DNA of 32,000 nucleotides from positions 785,208 to 817,207 of the forward strand of contig NZ_CP010546.1 of NCBI RefSeq assembly GCF_001272835.1. The letters run 5' to 3'. The notes under the pieces are model-generated. The model saw only the letters and a program-made list of their open reading frames with translations, was not told where the DNA came from and ran no database searches. Shown here piece after piece: positions 29,074 to 32,000 of this stretch; position 1 is the first letter of the stretch, and each line of letters begins with the position of its first letter. The DNA comes from Mycoplasmoides pneumoniae FH (GTDB lineage Bacteria > Bacillota_I > Bacilli_A > Mycoplasmatales > Mycoplasmoidaceae). The position numbers and the translations under genes are program-made.

Positions 29074-30393
29074 CTAAATTACCAAGGAAGTGATAATGTC
29101 TTGGAGGGAGTCGTCCTTCTCAATCATTTTAGCAACCCTTTTAACTGCAGCCACCACTGTAGAGTGGTTCCTTTTAAAAATTTTGCCTATTTGTTGGAAC
29201 TGCATCTTGTACTTTTCCCTTAAAAGATAGTTACAAACGTCACGAACACGAACTAACTCTGCTTTACGGTTCTCAGACAAAACACTGTCCACCGGTACAT
29301 TAAAGCGGCGGCAAACGTTTTCTATTAATAAATAAGGATCAAAGCTCTTTTTGTGGAACTTCTCAAATTCCTCAAACAGGATTTCCTTTAGATTGTCGTT
29401 GTTAATCAGGTTTTGCTTAGTTGTTTTGACATAAAACAGCAACTTAGTCGCAATCCCGTTTAAAGAACGAACATCGTTACCAGATATTTGCGCTGCCTTT
29501 TCGCGTGCTTCATTGGTAATTTGGATGTTGGGATCCTTTTCTTTGAGCTTAACGGCCAAAATTTCACACAGGGAGCTCAAATTGTGTTTTTCAATCTTTA
29601 ACAAGAGTCCCGATTTAAAGCGTGATACCATCCGTGGATCGATGTTGGCCAACTCATCGGGGGTTTTATCGGACACAAACACAATTTGCTTGCCCTTACT
29701 TACTAAGTTATTAAAGATGGAAAAGAGGATCTCTAAGGTTTTTTCCTTTTTCCCGAAGATCTGAGTATCGTCAATTAAGAGTAAATCCAATGACTCGTAA
29801 GCAGCCTTGAGCTTTTCAATGCCTTGATCCTTGTCCTTTTGGTAAAAGGCATTGACAACCTCCTGGGCAAAGTCACTCGATACCACATACTTTACCTTAG
29901 CGTTGGGAAAGTGGAAGAACTTATCATTCCCAATCGCTTGGAGTAAGTGGGTTTTACCCAGACCAGTCTCCCCATAGATAAATAAGGGGGAGAAATCAGC
30001 GTCCTGAGTTTCGCTAATCCGTACACCCGCTTCATAAACCCGGCGGTTGCCATCACCAACCACAAAGTTTTTAAAGGTAAAGTTTTTGCTTAGCCCCGAA
30101 CTTTGGTAAAGCGTTTCGCGGTTATCTTCCTCTAGTTTGGCTAAATTGATAAAGAAGTCCTGTTCGTTGACAAACCGAACTGCTCTAATGTCATCGTACA
30201 GTTTGCTAGCTAACCCGACAATATCAGGGTTGCTATTGAGGGTTTCACGGGCAAACTCATTGTCCACAATCACAAAAAGGACATTATTTTTTAAAGCAAA
30301 CCGTTTAAGATTCTTAATGTACTTGTCATAAAAACCTAAAGTAGTTTCGTATTGCTTTTTTAAAAGAAGTTTAAAAGCACTAAATTGTTCCAT
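29074..30393 (-). CDS. dnaA: chromosomal replication initiator DnaA, 439 aa
   Basis: AAA+ Walker A GETGLGKTHLL, Walker B LLLIDDTQ and a C-terminal DNA-binding region (HSTVVAAVKRV). The ATG overlaps the upstream TAA by 1 nt. Confidence 0.96.
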   Translation of the reverse strand: MEQFSAFKLLLKKQYETTLGFYDKYIKNLKRFALKNNVLFVIVDNEFARETLNSNPDIVGLASKLYDDIRAVRFVNEQDFFINLAKLEEDNRETLYQSSGLSKNFTFKNFVVGDGNRRVYEAGVRISETQDADFSPLFIYGETGLGKTHLLQAIGNDKFFHFPNAKVKYVVSSDFAQEVVNAFYQKDKDQGIEKLKAAYESLDLLLIDDTQIFGKKEKTLEILFSIFNNLVSKGKQIVFVSDKTPDELANIDPRMVSRFKSGLLLKIEKHNLSSLCEILAVKLKEKDPNIQITNEAREKAAQISGNDVRSLNGIATKLLFYVKTTKQNLINNDNLKEILFEEFEKFHKKSFDPYLLIENVCRRFNVPVDSVLSENRKAELVRVRDVCNYLLREKYKMQFQQIGKIFKRNHSTVVAAVKRVAKMIEKDDSLQDIITSLVI

Positions 30394-31145
30394 TACTCTT
30401 CTATTACCTGATCAAGAATCATCGTTAAGATCCGCGAAATCGGAATGTTAACCGCTTTAGCATAACGCTTAACCTTATTCCAAACACGGGTACTCGTATA
30501 AAAGTGCACCCCGGTGGTTAAGCGTTCTTGCCGTTCTAAGGGAATAATACCGGGCACTTTCGCCTTTGGTGGTGGTAGATTTTCTTCTTCCTGCAATTTA
30601 TTAGATGGGCGAGTAGTCTGCTTAACTTGTGGCTGTTCAACCGCTGGTTGTGGTTCTGGTTGGGGAACAGGTTCCACAATTGGTTGCGTAGCCTCCACCT
30701 GAATATTAGATGTAGCTACTGGTTGTTGATTAAAGTTAGTGGTTGTAGGTTGTTGAAACTCATTTAAGTGCACTTCTGCAGTTTGGTGAACTGGTTGGGT
30801 TGGAACCTGATTATTAAAGTTAGTTGGTTCTGATTGCGGTTGCACATTAACTGGTTGGGTTGAAGTTTGTGGTTCTTGTTTGGGAAACTGGTTAAAGGAT
30901 TTCACAAACTCATCGCCAAACTTGAGTAATGGTCCAAAATCAAACTGGGGCATGTCCTTAGAAAAGAACTTTCTGTCTTGACTAGATTGATTTGCTTTAG
31001 TTTGGTTAGTTAGATCATGTTGGGGTTGGACAACCGGTTCTAGTTTTAATTGTTGTTCTACCTTTTTAACTTCTTGAACAGTTTCTGCATCATCTTCATC
31101 CTGAGCTAGGTCAAAGAAGAAGCGTTTCTTTTTACTGATGGCCAT
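30393..31145 (-). CDS. hypothetical Gln/Pro-rich protein with RHH-like C-terminus, 250 aa
   Basis: Uninterrupted ORF between soj and dnaA with overlaps on both sides (14 nt and 1 nt). Basic N-terminus MAISKKKRFFFDL, a long Q/P/N-rich middle, and the C-terminus TTGVHFYTSTRVWNKVKRYAKAVNIPISRILTMILDQVIEE. Confidence 0.75.
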   Translation of the reverse strand: MAISKKKRFFFDLAQDEDDAETVQEVKKVEQQLKLEPVVQPQHDLTNQTKANQSSQDRKFFSKDMPQFDFGPLLKFGDEFVKSFNQFPKQEPQTSTQPVNVQPQSEPTNFNNQVPTQPVHQTAEVHLNEFQQPTTTNFNQQPVATSNIQVEATQPIVEPVPQPEPQPAVEQPQVKQTTRPSNKLQEEENLPPPKAKVPGIIPLERQERLTTGVHFYTSTRVWNKVKRYAKAVNIPISRILTMILDQVIEE

Positions 31146-31944
31146 GGTTGACTAGGTTAAGAATTTCTTTAGTAATCTCTAAATATTCAGTTTGGTACTT
31201 CTTGTTGGATGTTGGTGATACCAAAGAGATAGGTAACTTTTCATAACCAACAGCAGCAGATGACTTAGATGTTAAAGATACAAAGTGTTCTGAAAAAGCA
31301 ACGTTGTTCTTGTGCGCTTTTGATTTCACCAACTCAATCACATCATTGTGTAATCTGGTGCGCATATTGACCTTGGTTGGTACCAAAATGGTTTTTAAGT
31401 TGGGGTTCTTTTCCTTAAAAGTATCAATCGTTTCGACAATCCGCATTAAACCCAACATAGAGTATTGATCAGGTTCAAACGGGATCACAATCACATCAGA
31501 GAGGCTCATGGCTGTGGAGACCAAGGTAGCCATGTTAGGCGGTGTGTCTAGTAAAACAAAGTCATACCTGCGGGTGAGTTGTTTAACTATTTCCGCAATA
31601 TCAGAAGCCTTGTACTTTTTGCGAGCAATATCAATGTCCGCAAAATTTAACTCAAAGTTACAAGGCAAAATGTCTAGTCCTTCATAAACGGGCAACAAAC
31701 AGTCATCAATTTCAATTGAACTGTTGGCGCCGTTAAACTTAGGCACTTTTAACAAAATATCAATTAAGGTGTTATTTAATCTTTCTGGATTTTGTCCAAA
31801 AGAGGCTGAAACGTTGCCCTGACCATCAAGGTCTAAAATAACTTTCCGTTGTTCAGGGCACAACTTTACAAGCGAACCAGCAACGTTAGTGGCCATGGTT
31901 GTTTTTAAAACGCCACCTTTGTTATTAACAAAAGAAATAATCAT
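31132..31944 (-). CDS. soj: ParA/Soj-family partition ATPase, 270 aa
   Basis: Deviant Walker A NKGGVLKTT, then DLDGQGN and VLLDTPP motifs. Confidence 0.93.
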   Translation of the reverse strand: MIISFVNNKGGVLKTTMATNVAGSLVKLCPEQRKVILDLDGQGNVSASFGQNPERLNNTLIDILLKVPKFNGANSSIEIDDCLLPVYEGLDILPCNFELNFADIDIARKKYKASDIAEIVKQLTRRYDFVLLDTPPNMATLVSTAMSLSDVIVIPFEPDQYSMLGLMRIVETIDTFKEKNPNLKTILVPTKVNMRTRLHNDVIELVKSKAHKNNVAFSEHFVSLTSKSSAAVGYEKLPISLVSPTSNKKYQTEYLEITKEILNLVNHGHQ

Positions 31945-31968
31945 ATGCGCGCGTATAAGTTTGCTTAA

Positions 31969-31974
31969 ATTCTA
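31969..31974 (-). promoter_or_regulatory. -10 box TAGAAT upstream of soj
   Basis: Reverse complement of 31969-31974 is TAGAAT, 24 nt upstream of the soj ATG. Only 56 nt of upstream sequence is visible. Confidence 0.3.
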
Positions 31975-32000
31975 ATATTTATTTAGTATTATTCCGGTAT

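Overview
This window reads as the origin-proximal end of a Mycoplasma pneumoniae-type (Mollicutes) chromosome. Conserved proteins (FtsH, GltX, GalU, MsrB, YidC, a giant ABC permease) are cut in the supplied standard-code ORF track exactly at in-frame TGA codons. They become full length when TGA is read as Trp (translation table 4). The gene order matches what I remember of the M. genitalium MG446-MG470 block, which ends in dnaA and soj (from memory, not searched). After re-joining same-frame fragments I call 30 protein-coding genes, two of them speculative. 26 are on the minus strand, and many overlap a neighbour by 1-37 nt. I also call one disrupted paralog, several hairpin terminators and some -10 promoter boxes. 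I see no rRNA, tRNA, CRISPR array, transposase or prophage gene. Most of the window is core housekeeping: tuf, tyrS, ftsH, hpt, ldh, gltX, rsmA, yidC, rnpA, rpmH, dnaA. Six things deserve a second look. (1) A soj-ORF250-dnaA operon whose middle gene has a ribbon-helix-helix-like C-terminus and a basic N-terminal tail, making it a candidate ParG/ParB-type partner for an otherwise orphan ParA. (2) A degenerate IspF-like protein at the head of the hpt-ftsH cluster. (3) Two ORFs that fill otherwise unexplained gaps around ftsH: a 57-codon single-TM ORF and a 193-codon ORF with no ATG. (4) A roughly 2 kb AT-rich, low-coding island (14364-16339) holding two DUF16-type coiled-coil paralogs (one with a nonsense codon), an orphan plus-strand terminator and decaying 90-97 bp tandem repeats. 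(5) An asymmetric ABC system: two different ATPases flanking an 1882-aa tandem FtsX/MacB-type permease. (6) C-terminal extensions and gene overlaps that appear only under table 4. All family assignments rest on motifs read by eye. No database search, alignment statistic or folding energy was computed.
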